From Rhizaria sp. SCN 62-66 (Eukaryota): a stretch of 56,794 nt of DNA. The position numbers and the translations under genes were made by a program. Every line of letters begins with the position of its first letter. Positions within the stretch are counted from its first letter, which is position 1. Of this stretch, positions 35,301-45,561 are shown one piece after another. A model generated the notes under the pieces. It ran no database searches. It had not been told where the DNA came from and saw only the letters and a program-made list of their open reading frames with translations. Location of the stretch: positions 1 through 56,794 of the forward strand of contig MEDY01000173.1 of assembly GCA_001724265.1 (NCBI GenBank), given 5' to 3'.

Positions 35301-38183
35301 AACGACGCTGGCACGGGCGGGCGGCCCGGCTCGATCTGGCTGACCAACTCGCTGTCGCTGATGGACGTGACCGAGGGCCACGAGCCGCCGCGCGGCAAGT
35401 CGCTCGACTTGGTGCACGAGAAGTTCCGCGCCGACCTTAACATCCACCTGGTGGACCTGGAGGGCGAGTCCAAGAACACGGCCAGCGACGCGCTCAACGC
35501 CGTCAACCTGCTCGACCAGCTTATCGCCGGCATGGGCACCAACCCCGACGCCGCGGCTGCCATCGCCGCGGGCGCCAGCGCGGGCGGCGGCGACGGCGAT
35601 GACGACGACGACGACGACACCGGCAAGAAGACCGCCGCGCCCAAGCTGGGCCCGCTGGGTCTGCCGCTGCCGACGCCCGCCAAGCCCGCGCGCCCCGGCG
35701 CGCTGGGTGGCGCGCAGCCGGCGCAGGGCGCGGTGTTCGACCCAATGGGACTGATGTCCACGATGTCCTCCGGCGGCGGCGCTCTGCACACGGCGGGCGC
35801 CGACGACCTCTTCTCCGCGTTCGACTTCTCGGGCCCGGGGCTGCTGGACCTGCTCGACGACGCGCGCGAGAAGGAGGAGACGCTCCGCACGCACCTGCGC
35901 GCGCGCGAGTACACGGACGCCGAGGTGGCGCAGTTCCTCAAGCAGCGCGAGATGGTGCAGCAGCGCTCGTGGCCCGGACCCGTCAAGGGCTTCGTGCCGC
36001 ACGCGACCACGGCCTCCGCGTCGTCGGCGGCGCGCGTGTGCACGGGCTACGCCGTCGTGTACCAGCCCAAGCCGGCGTCGGCAGCCTACACCTCGGACTG
36101 GTTCCCCGGCAACCGCGTCAAGGCGGCGCCCGTGGACAAGCAGCTGCGTACGACCTCGCGCGAGGCCTCGCTGACGGGCGGGGACCCCTTCGCGCGCGTC
36201 GTCGCGGGCAAGGCCTCGGTCGCGCCCGCGGACCCCGGCGCCGCGGGCATGGACGTGCCGGCCTACGCTGTGCGGCCCTCGCGCTACGACACCTACGAGG
36301 GCTCCTCGGTCACGCTGTCGGCCACCTCTGCCGCCGGCCTGGGACTCTCGTCGATCACGCCCGCCTCAGCCGCGTCCATGCTCACGGGCAGCGCCAGCGG
36401 CGTCGGCCGCCCCGTCGCCGCGCCGCTCGCGACCGTGGCCGCGGCGTCGGCCTCGGCGACGGGCGTCACGGCCGCCGTCAGCAGCGGCGTGCCCGCCGGC
36501 ATGAGCGGGCTGGGCCGGCCCGCGGCCTCTCCCATTGCCGCCGTCGCCACTCCCGTGGCTGCGACGCCCACGGCGGCCGAGCTGCCGCCGATGCCGGTCA
36601 TCCCGGCGGGCACGCAGCCCACGGCGAAGCAGGCCGCCGTCATCGCCATGCACCGCGCGGCGGCGCTGCGCGCGCAGCTTGAGGCCGCGGAGCGCGAGGC
36701 GCTGGCCATGGCGCAGGTCGCCGACAACGCCGCCACGGGCATGCAGGTCGCGGACTCGGACCCCGAGTCCGACGCCGACGAGCCCGCGCGCGCGGCCGCT
36801 GCGCCGGTCGTCGCGACCCGCCTGACGCCCGCCGCGCCCGTGTCGTCGCTGCCCAGCGCCAATGCCGGCAGCAACAAAGTGTCGTTTGACGCGCTGCTGC
36901 CGCTGGCGACCAAGGCCGCGGCCGCGTCTGCGCACCATGCGCCGTCCTCCCCGGCCGCGGCGGCGTTCCCCGAGGACACCGCGTCGTCCGCCGCCGCGAC
37001 GCCCACCGCGAAGCTGGACTCGAACCCGTTCGCGGACGCCAGCGACGCCGGGGTGGACTTCAGCTCGTTCATGTCGCCGTCCCCGTCGTCGGTGGGCACG
37101 CCCGGCGTGAACAAGAGAGCGCTGCTGCCGCCGCCCGCGAAGCCCGCGCGCCCGGCCGCCGCCGGCGGCAGCACGCCCGTCAAGAAGCGCGACGACGATG
37201 ATATCGACATCTTCGGCGACATGGGCGGCGTGGCCATGGGCAACGACATCGTGGCGCGCGAGAAGGAGCGCCTGCGCCTGCAGGAGGAGGAGGAGGCGAA
37301 GCGCCGCGTCGAGGCCAAGCGCAAGGAGGAGGCCGCCAAGGCCGCCGTGATGGGCACCGCCAGCAAGACCATGGCCGAGATGGCCGCCGAGGCGCGCCGC
37401 GCGCAGCCCCCCGTGCCGCCCAAGCCCGCCGCGCACGCCGCGCCGGCCGCTGCGAGCACGGACATGTTCGCAGGCATGGGCATGAAGCCCGCGCCCGCGG
37501 CTAACGCGGCCCCCGCCGCCGCGCCCGCGCCCGCCGCGAACAACATGTTCGCCGGCATGACCATGGGCAGCTCTGGCGCCGGCGCCGGCGCGGCCGTGGC
37601 GAGCGGCGCGGTGGGCGCGCGGCTGCAGGCGATCGCGCAGCAGCTGCACGGCATGAACGACACGATGCGCGCGCTGCAGCAGCGCTCGGTGCAGTTCCCG
37701 CAGGAGAAGGCCGCGCTCAAGCAGCAGGCCGTGGCGCTGCAGCAGCAGCGCGCTGCGCTCCTGGCCGAGCAGAAGCAGTTGCAGAGCTCTCTGTCCGCGA
37801 ACCCGATGATGAGCGGCGTCGGCGGCATGATGGGCTCGGCCTCGTTCGCCGGCGCGCCCATGTCGCCTATGGCGCCCGCATACGGCAACAACAACGCAGG
37901 CGCTCAGTTCGGCGGCAGCAACAGCATGCAGCAGAGCCAGTCCTTCGACGTCTTCGCCAGCATGAGCTCCACGCCGATGGCCGCCAGCAACAACAACGCG
38001 AGCACCGGCGGCGGCTTTGACATGTTCAGTCAGATGACCATGTCTGCGCCCGCCACCACGCGCCCCGCTGCCCCCGCTGCCCAGCAGCAGCAACAGCAGC
38101 AGGGCGGCGCGTTCGACCCCTTTGCGGGGCTCTCAGGCAGCAACAACAACAATAACAACGACGACCCCTTTGCTGGTCTCTAA
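20350..38183 (+). CDS. Giant (~5729 aa) DUF3638/DUF3645-type protein with SF2/SecA-like NTPase motifs, EF-hands, Vps62/DUF946-like region and low-complexity tail; exons 20350-20370, 20588-22537, 22693-28002, 28116-29905, 30065-38183
   Basis: Four track ORFs join in frame across GT-AG introns; the first micro-exon MSFALGK is least certain. Motifs: QMIMGAGKTTV (DUF3638-like), AVPFVGKDVPSRSSEFSHPD (DUF3645-like), MDEVD, GFSGT, LIDTGAL, TTGMDIK, QGAFRMR, EQ repeat, DLDLDGRVTFRDF (EF-hand), WRPIPP..FVALG (Vps62-like). Stop TAA. Confidence 0.88.
20371..20587 (+). other. Spliceosomal intron 1 of giant gene
   Basis: AAG|GTACGT donor, pyrimidine-rich body, CCCAG| acceptor; phase 0 joins MSFALGK to VPCWRDPFF. 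Confidence 0.7.
22538..22692 (+). other. Spliceosomal intron 2 of giant gene (155 nt)
   Basis: CAG|GTACGA ... TTTTCTTCCAG|; AT-rich; phase 0 restores the frame. Confidence 0.92.
28003..28115 (+). other. Spliceosomal intron 3 of giant gene (113 nt)
   Basis: CAG|GTACGT ... CCTTTAG|; AT-rich; phase 0 restores the frame. Confidence 0.92.
29906..30064 (+). other. Spliceosomal intron 4 of giant gene (159 nt)
   Basis: AA|GTACGT ... CGCAG|G; phase 2 gives FALK-LVEVLHEL; AT-rich with an in-frame stop. Confidence 0.9.
33203..33266 (+). repeat. (GAGCAR)n hexamer repeat encoding poly-EQ
   Basis: About 10 tandem GAGCAG/GAGCAA units inside the giant CDS. Confidence 0.9.
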
Positions 38184-38611
38184 GCAGTGTAGCGCTCAGT
38201 CCTTGAGTAAAGCAGTTGTTTTCTTGTTTCTTTCTGAGACATGACGGACAAATCTTATTTGTTCATTTTCATTTTGTAACTGTTCAATTTCTCGATCAAT
38301 GTAAACATTCATTTCACTCACTGATTCTACTCCGTAAACTACGAACATTCTTTTCAAGTTCAAACCAATTCTCAATACAAGTTTCATTTTACATCTTCCG
38401 CTTTTAAAGTAACTTCTGATATCATTAGTAGCTATTTTACAATGTAATGTATTTAGTGGTAAGAGTATTAATATAATATCGCGATTATTTCATCAAATCC
38501 GGCCCTATTTAACGAAGCATGTGTGTGACATAAGCGCACTTACAACGAAGTCTTTTCTAGCTTCTATCACACTCTCTTTGTGTTGTTCAATCGAATCTCT
38601 GTCTTTTCACT

Positions 38612-41600
38612 TCACTTGCGCGCGCGCTTGACGGCGGGACCACCCTTCTTGCCGGCGTTGACGGCCTTGGCGGCCTTTGCGCCGGCGCGGCGCTTGCGCT
38701 GCTTGGCCGACTCGTCCTCGCTCTCGCTCTCAGTGAGTTCCATGTCCTGCACAAGGTCGTCGTCATCGACGTCGGAGCCCCAGGCGGCCTCGCCGTCATC
38801 CTCGCTGTCGCTCAGGTCCAGGTCCTCCTCCTGCGCCTGCTTCTGCTCCTGCTCCTCGTCGTCGTCAGACTGGGCGGACGGCGCGGCGCGCTTGCTCCCC
38901 TTGCTGCCCTTCTTGCCCGCGGCCTGCGCGGCGAGCTTGGCCGCGGCGGCGATGCGCTCCGTCACAGACAGCTTCTGGCTCTTAGGCTGCTGCTTCTTGG
39001 GGGCATCCTCGTCGTCCTCGTCGTCGTCGTCGTCGTCGTCCTCGTCGTCGCCGTCCTCGTCGCTCATGGTCATCGGGCCGACCTCGTCGTCGTCCTCGTC
39101 GTCGGCGTCGCCCTCGGCAACAGCCTTGCGGACGTTGATACCGTCCACGTCCTCGTCCTCGTCCTCGGCGGCCCGCGCGCGCGCCTTGTCGGCGCCGACG
39201 ACGATCTCCTTACGGTCCTCGTCGAGCGAGTTGCGGTAGCGAACGGCCCACAGCGCCTCGAGCTGCGTCTGCCGGCCCGCGCCGCGCACCGCCGTCGCGA
39301 GCGCTGCCGCGGCCGCAGCAGCGCCGCTGGCGCCCGCGAGCACGCCGAACGCACCGGAGTCGGCGCCCGCGGCGGCGGCGGCGGCGGCGGCGTTGTTGAG
39401 CGCGGCCATGACGTCGGGGTGCTTGAGCGTGTCGACGCCCGAGACGCCCTTGGCGAGCAGGTCGCGCGGGCTGAAGGTGACACCCACGCGGCGCAGCAGC
39501 ACACCCTGCGCCGTGTCCGACACGGCCGAGAGCAGCTGGCGCGCCGCGGCGACGGCAGACTTGTTCTTCGAGGCCTTGGAGAAGCGGCGCAGCAGGAACT
39601 TGACGGGGAGCACGAGCTCGGGGAAGGCGATCGAGTGCGAGTAGATGGCCAGGTGCTGCGTGAGCATGTCGAAGCAGCGCGTGAGCTGCAGCGTCTGGTA
39701 CGCCTCCGAGCCCATCACGGCCGCAGACACGTGCAGCTTGAACTTGAGGTCCGAGACGCGCTTCTCGCGGGCCAGGCGCGCGGCGTTGCCCTTGAGCGGC
39801 TTGCGAAAGGCGAGCAGCGAAGCCGAGTTGAGGACCGTGAGCAGGTGCGGCGCGAGCGGGACGTAGACCTTGCACTTTTCGGCGACGAGGTTGAGGAACT
39901 CGCACACGACGAAGCGCACGGGGTAGTAGCCCGGCGCGCCGCTGAGCTCGATCGTGCCCAGACAGACCTGCACGAAGGGGTACACGAGCGGGGCCAGCGC
40001 GGAGCGGGGGTCGGCGGCGTGCGACGCGAGCACCTGCGCCCACACGCGGAGCGAGTTGAGGTACTGCCAGTTATAGACGCTGCGCGTGGCCTCGGAAGAC
40101 GCCTTCTGGATCGCGCCGCGCAGGTGGATGGCGAGCTGGCGGATGTACACGAAGCCGTGCTGGTACGACGCGTTCAGGTCCACGCCGTAGATCTCGCACA
40201 AGCAGTTGGACATGAAGATGATCGACGGCATCGAGTGCACGTTGACGCCCTTGCAGTGCCGCACGAACGACAGGTACATGCCCTTGAGCGTCGCCTCCAG
40301 CACCTGGCTGCGCGGCGGCAGCGTCAGACACATGCGGCGCACCGCCAGGAACGCGTCGACGCGAGTCGCCTGATAGATTGAAGAAAAGAAAGCAAAAGGA
40401 GACGAAAGATATGAAGATATGATAAGTTAAGATTCGTTTGACATAAAAGAAAGAGAAATACGGTTTCATGTCACTATATCGAGTATATATCCCTAGTGTT
40501 ACGTACCTGGTCAACGCCGAACTCGGACTTCTTGCCCTCCTTCTGGAGCGCAGTCTTGCGCTCCTCAACCACGTTGGAGAGCGTGTCCGCGCCCTGCGCC
40601 CAGTACTTGAGGAAGAGCTTGAGCATCTTCGGGGCCACCGAGGGGACGCCCTCGAGCAGCGGGAGCGCGGGCAGCAGCGCGCGCAGCACGAAGCGCGTGG
40701 TCACGGCGTCGACAACGTCGTCCATGAAGGCGGCGGTCGAGGAGAAGAAGATGCGCACCAGCGGCTCGAGCTTGGCCCACGCGGGCAGCGTGCGGAGCGC
40801 GGCGCCGGCCCAGGGCGAGGGCCCGTCGGAGAGCCCCGCCGTGGCGTCGACGAGCAGGCCCGAGGCGGGGGCCGGCACGGCGGCGACGCCCGTCGCGCTG
40901 TCGGCCGCCGACTCGCGCGCCAGATACACCACAAGCGCCGTGGGCAGCGTGCGCAGCGCAAACTGCACGAAGTGGTTGTAGAGCTTCGACGACAGGAACT
41001 GCGTGACCTCGGCCGAGTGCTCGTGGCGGTGCTCGTGAGCGCGGTCCGCCTTCTCGACCGCCACGCCGTTGGCGGTGGCCTTGCGCTGGGCGCGCGACAT
41101 CGCGCGCTTCTCCTCCAGGTGGCACTGGAGCGTGACGCCCGACTTGAACAAGCGCACGAGGCGCAGCAGCGGCCGCAGCCCGAAGCGCGTGCCCTGCAGG
41201 TCCCGGCGCAGCGCCAAGTACTCCTCCTTGGTCATGAGCTCGATCAGCGTCTTGGCGCGGCCCGCCTCGCGCTTGCGGCGGCTCTGCACGGCCGCGTCGG
41301 CGTCCTCCTCCTCATCCGCGAACGCCAGGATGTCGCCTGAGGTCTCCTTGAGGTGCTGGTAGAAGGCCGGGTCCTTGCGCTTCAGCGCCTCAAGCTCGGC
41401 GCGGTGCCGCGCGATGCGCTCCTCGTCGTTCGCGGCCTCGTCGGCCTCGGTGAGGCGTGCGCGCGCCACGGCGGCGGCCTCCTGCGCCGAGGTGATGTCG
41501 CGCGCGCCGCCGCTGTAGGCCGAGGCGCGGGCCGTCGCGTCCAGGTCCTGCTCCAGCAGCGCCATCGCGGCCTCCTCGTCGTAGTCGCTATCTTCGCTGT

Positions 41601-42458
41601 CGTCGCTCTCAACCAAGGCAGCCTTCGCGCCCTTCTTGGCGGGGGCAGCGGCGGCGGTCGCCTTGGCGGTCTTGGCCTTGGCCTTGGCGGCGGCGGCGGC
41701 GGCCTCGGCGGCGGCTTCGGCAGCGGCCTCGGCCTCGAGTGCGTCAAGGTCGGCGTCGTTGTCGTAGTCCTCGTCCTCCTCAGCGTCGTCGGCCTCGGCC
41801 TCGTCGTCCTCATCCTCGTCGTCCTCTGCGTCAGCGTCGGAGTCTTCGGCATCAGAGTCGTCGGCAGCGGCGACCTTCTTGCCACCGCGCTTGTTGGCGG
41901 AGCCCTCGATGATGACATCGTCACCGTCGTTGTAGTTAACCAGCACGTCGACGCCGTCATCGCTGTCCTCGGCCGCGGCGGCCGCGGCGGCGGAGCCGTC
42001 GGCGTCGTCCCAGTCGCTCTCCGAGCTCACGCCCAGGTCGAAGTCGCTGTCGTCGTCGCCCGCCTTGCTCGCAAAGCCCTTGCTCTTGGAGGCCGCGGCC
42101 TTGGAGAGGAAGCGCTGAAGGTCGCGCGTGATGCTGTCAAGCTCCTCCTGCTCCAGCACGGCGGCCTTGGCGGCCGTGTCGCGCTGCTTCGTCCGCGTCT
42201 CGATCGACTTGCGCACCTCGGAGTCGTGGCGGCGCTTCACGATATCCTTGTCGAGGTGCTTCTGCAGGGGCACCAAGGGGCGAAGGGGCGGACACACAAG
42301 AGAAGGTGGATATGAGGGGACTGTGAGCAAAGAGTGGTCGTGCGTGTACGGTGTCGGGGACGGAGCGGGGATAGAATGCAGGTGAGGGGATAAAAAACGA
42401 TACATGGTGAAGGACGAACCTTTTTGTACAACCGGGTTGCCTTGGCATCCTTGCCCAT
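38612..42458 (-). CDS. NOC2: Nucleolar complex protein 2 homolog (~1183 aa); exons 42458-42420, 42261-40507, 40369-38612
   Basis: MGKDAKATRLYKK|KHL N-terminus, acidic region, H..EL..LK.KDP.FY..L, SYQHGFVYIRQLAIHLR, VYNWQYLNSLRVW, LVYPFVQV, SIAFPELVLP. Both introns restore the frame. Stop TGA. Confidence 0.95.
40370..40506 (-). other. NOC2 intron 2 (137 nt)
   Basis: CAG|GTACGT ... CTATCAG|; AT-rich; phase 0. Confidence 0.92.
42262..42419 (-). other. NOC2 intron 1 (158 nt)
   Basis: AAG|GTTCGT ... CTGCAG|; pyrimidine-rich; phase 0. Confidence 0.85.
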
Positions 42459-43350
42459 GTTGTGACAGGTCTGTGGTGGGGCGCGGGGGGAAAAGAACAG
42501 GGTGAGCGGGGGTGGGTTCTGGCGAAGCAATCGGGGCGCTGCTGTGGGCGGATAACTCCGTCGTTAGGTACAGAAACAGTATTATAATACAAAAATAACA
42601 CGGATATACTTGGCGTAAATACTGTTTTCACAAAGAACGATATCTCAACCTCGCGGCGTCCGTTTCCCCGTGGCCGCACACCGTGGCTCGCTTCAAAGTC
42701 GGTTCGCTCCCTGCAGTCTCGGTCGGTCGGTCCTTCTCAAGTCGAGCAGAGAGAGGCAGACCTGACTGTGGGCGAGAAACTTAAGCCGCCTCCGGGGCGG
42801 CGCACATGAGAAAACGGTTGCCACGGCTGCCGTTGAGTTCTCTGACGCGCTAAATTGTAGATCTTTAGATATATTATTACATTTATTATCGTTGAGTTAT
42901 TTCATCTTGCGCGCCGACGGTGGTTTCACGCCTATATTTGCGGTTGCCCTAGTCCCGCCGCCGACCTCCCGTGGAAGCCCGCGCCAACCTGCTCTGCTCC
43001 CCTCCACGCGCGCTTTTTCCGTCATTCCACGTCTATGAGCTCCCACAGCGACTCTTTTCCACCACAAAAGTTTCCGCTCTACCTGACCAGCCCGCTCTTG
43101 CTCTTTCACCCTGACGTCTCACGCGTTCTATTCTCACTTTAGCGCCCCGCAACGAGACATCACCACAAACCACAAAACAACTATCAAAACGCAACGCAAC
43201 CCTCTTGAACCATCACCATCACCGCAACCCTCCTCACCTGAACCCTCTCTCACACATCTTTCCTTCCCCTCCTCTCTTCTCTTTCCCCCCGTGCGTTGTC
43301 TTCTGTCTCCGCCACTGCCGCCTGTTGCGCTTCTAGTTCGCTTCCCCCAG
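42459..43350. promoter_or_regulatory. Divergent promoter/5' UTR region between NOC2 and eIF5
   Basis: Head-to-head genes with ~890 bp between start codons; specific elements not identified. Confidence 0.55.
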
Positions 43351-44565
43351 ATGCTGAACATCGGCGGCGACAAGGCCGACAAGAACTACCGCTACAAGAT
43401 GGCCCCGCTGCAGATCAAGGGCGAGGGCCGCGGCAACGGCGTCAAGACGGTCGTGACGAACCTGGTCGAGGTGGCCAAGGCGCTGCGCGTGATGCCCCAG
43501 TACCCCACCAAGTTCTTCGGCATCGAGCTGGGCTCCATCTCGTCTTGGGACGACAAGCTCGAGCGCTGCGTCATTAACGGCGTCCACACTGCCGCCGACC
43601 TGCAGAAGGTGCTTGAGCAGTTCATCAAGCTCTTCATCCTGTGCCCGCGCTGCCACCTGCCCGAGATCAAGATGCGCGTGACTGTCAAGCAGGGCAAGAT
43701 CGAGGTCGACTGCGCCGCGTGCGGCCACAACGCCCCAATCGCCACCGCGCACCGCTTCACGTCCTTCATCCTGACGCACCCGCCGTCGTCCTCCTCCTCC
43801 AAGGTCCACAACCACGGCGAGGACGCGGGTGCCGGTGACGGCGACGCTGCGGGCGCCGGCGACGGCGACGCCGAGATCGCCGCCGCCGCCGCAGTCAAGC
43901 CGCGCCGCGCGGGCAAGGACGGCGCGGCGGCCGACGAGTCGTGGTCCGTGGACACGAGCGACGAGGCGCAGCAGGCCCGCAAGATCGCCTTCTTCGCGGC
44001 GACGCCCGAGGAGCTGGCGAAGCAGAAGCGCGTGCAGGACATCCTGGACCAGGCCAAGGCGGCTGGTGTGACCGACGCGCCGTCGACCATCCTCAAGGTT
44101 TTCGCGGCGACCAAGGAGCGCGCCGTGGCCGAGATCGTGGCCGAGGCGCGCCGCCTGCAGATCTCGCGCGGGCTTGACGACGCGCAGAAGGTCAAGGTCG
44201 TGCTCGAGGCCTTCATCGACCCCTCGGATGCGCGCACTGTGCACACGCAGTTCGAGAAGCAGGCCGCGCTGCTTGCGCGCTTCGTCACGGACCGCCCTTC
44301 GGCACTGCAGCTCATCGGCTGCGTCGAGGACTTCCTCGGAGAGGTTCACCCCGAGCTGCTCGCGCGCGCGCCGCTGGTCCTCAAGGCGCTCTACGATAAG
44401 GACGTGCTCGACGAGGCGACCATCGTGGCCTGGCACGAGTCGCCGCCCGAGACGTCGTGGCTCGTGAAGAAGGAGGTCGCCGCCGCCGTGCGGGCGAAGG
44501 CGACGCCTTTCGTTGACTGGCTCAAGGCGGAGGACGGCGACGATGACGACGAGGACGACGAGTAA
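43351..44565 (+). CDS. eIF5: Eukaryotic translation initiation factor 5 (404 aa)
   Basis: NIGGDKADKNYRYKM, K.EGRGNGVKT, YPTKFFGIELG, zinc ribbon CPRC..PE...CAACG, WSVDTS.EA..AR, W2 domain LYDKDVLDE..I..W and PFVDWL plus acidic tail. Stop TAA. Confidence 0.97.
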   Translation: MLNIGGDKADKNYRYKMAPLQIKGEGRGNGVKTVVTNLVEVAKALRVMPQYPTKFFGIELGSISSWDDKLERCVINGVHTAADLQKVLEQFIKLFILCPRCHLPEIKMRVTVKQGKIEVDCAACGHNAPIATAHRFTSFILTHPPSSSSSKVHNHGEDAGAGDGDAAGAGDGDAEIAAAAAVKPRRAGKDGAAADESWSVDTSDEAQQARKIAFFAATPEELAKQKRVQDILDQAKAAGVTDAPSTILKVFAATKERAVAEIVAEARRLQISRGLDDAQKVKVVLEAFIDPSDARTVHTQFEKQAALLARFVTDRPSALQLIGCVEDFLGEVHPELLARAPLVLKALYDKDVLDEATIVAWHESPPETSWLVKKEVAAAVRAKATPFVDWLKAEDGDDDDEDDE

Positions 44566-44576
44566 GCGCGCCATCG

Positions 44577-44604
44577 AGCGATTCAGCGATTCAGCGCTTC
44601 AGCG
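44577..44604. repeat. Short 8-bp tandem repeat (AGCGATTC)n in eIF5 3' region
   Basis: agcgattc agcgattc agcgcttc agcg. Confidence 0.6.
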
Positions 44605-45561
44605 AGGGAGTAGTTGAGCTCCAGCTTGCAGTTGCAGTTCAGTTTGTTGACTGCTGCGTTTGGACAGAGGAAAAGTACATAGAAGAAAAGAAAGTTTGAG
44701 CAGCAAGAGATGATGGGAGAGAGTAAGATACCAAGCAAGCAAACGACTTGTTTGGCTCACTCATATGCAGAGAGTAATGTTTCTCTGTGTGTTCTATATT
44801 CATCTGTTGTTGTTGTCGTCATCATCGTCGATCAGCCTAGGCTACCATAAGTAATAAGCATATTCCATAAGCATCTGAGGGAAGATTTCTGTCGCCCGTT
44901 TGTGTGTGTCTCGACAGGTTCTTTGTTATTAATAAGAGTAAAAAATAAAAAGAACAACTATTTTTTCATCAATGGCAAAGTTTGGTGGCGTCTAGCGATG
45001 TTTAATACATCCAAAGACGTCAGATAGTGATGTTTTTGCCTTCTTGACTGGTGATAGTGCTCGGTGGCGCGGGTGACAAGACTCCCAACTGCTCGATCGA
45101 GTGGACTGCGGAGCGATTTGGGAAAAGATCGTTGGATAGGGATGCAACTGATGCGATAGAATAGAAAGTAGACGTACACGCTTGGATTTCTTTTTAAATC
45201 TCTTCACCGCTTGATCTAGGTTCTGATGTCGCTCATTTCCTTGCGTCTCCAGCCCACAGCAATCTTGCCCTCAACTCGTTTTCTTTTTCGACGTCCATGT
45301 AAAGTGATATTGGTGTTTTAAGCAATCAATTTGACGCCTAACACAACAACCCGTGGTTTATTTGCGTGTTTGTTGCTTCGTCTTTGTACCTGTCTTATTC
45401 CCCCCGCGCTACGCCTAGTTTTAGCCGTAGCCTTCGGTCCTACCTCAAGTTTATCTCAACTCTCTCTTAGAGTCAGTACAGATCCATCAGAGGCACCGAG
45501 GCGCGCCCGAAGCGAGCCCTCGTTTAGAGAGCCAGCGTCCGCGCAGTACCGGCTTGGCGCG

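Noticed and set aside
20498-38093. Long antisense ORFs (20498..22561, 22609..26223, 32154..33668, 33867..36002, 36293..37894 and others)
   Set aside because: Shadow ORFs caused by extreme GC3 bias of the sense gene; no motifs.
11490-45561. ORF-track N-terminal extensions (11600, 17163, 20363, 29967, 42405, 43291, 45331)
   Set aside because: They begin at non-ATG codons or inside introns/UTRs; homology and splice signals give better starts.
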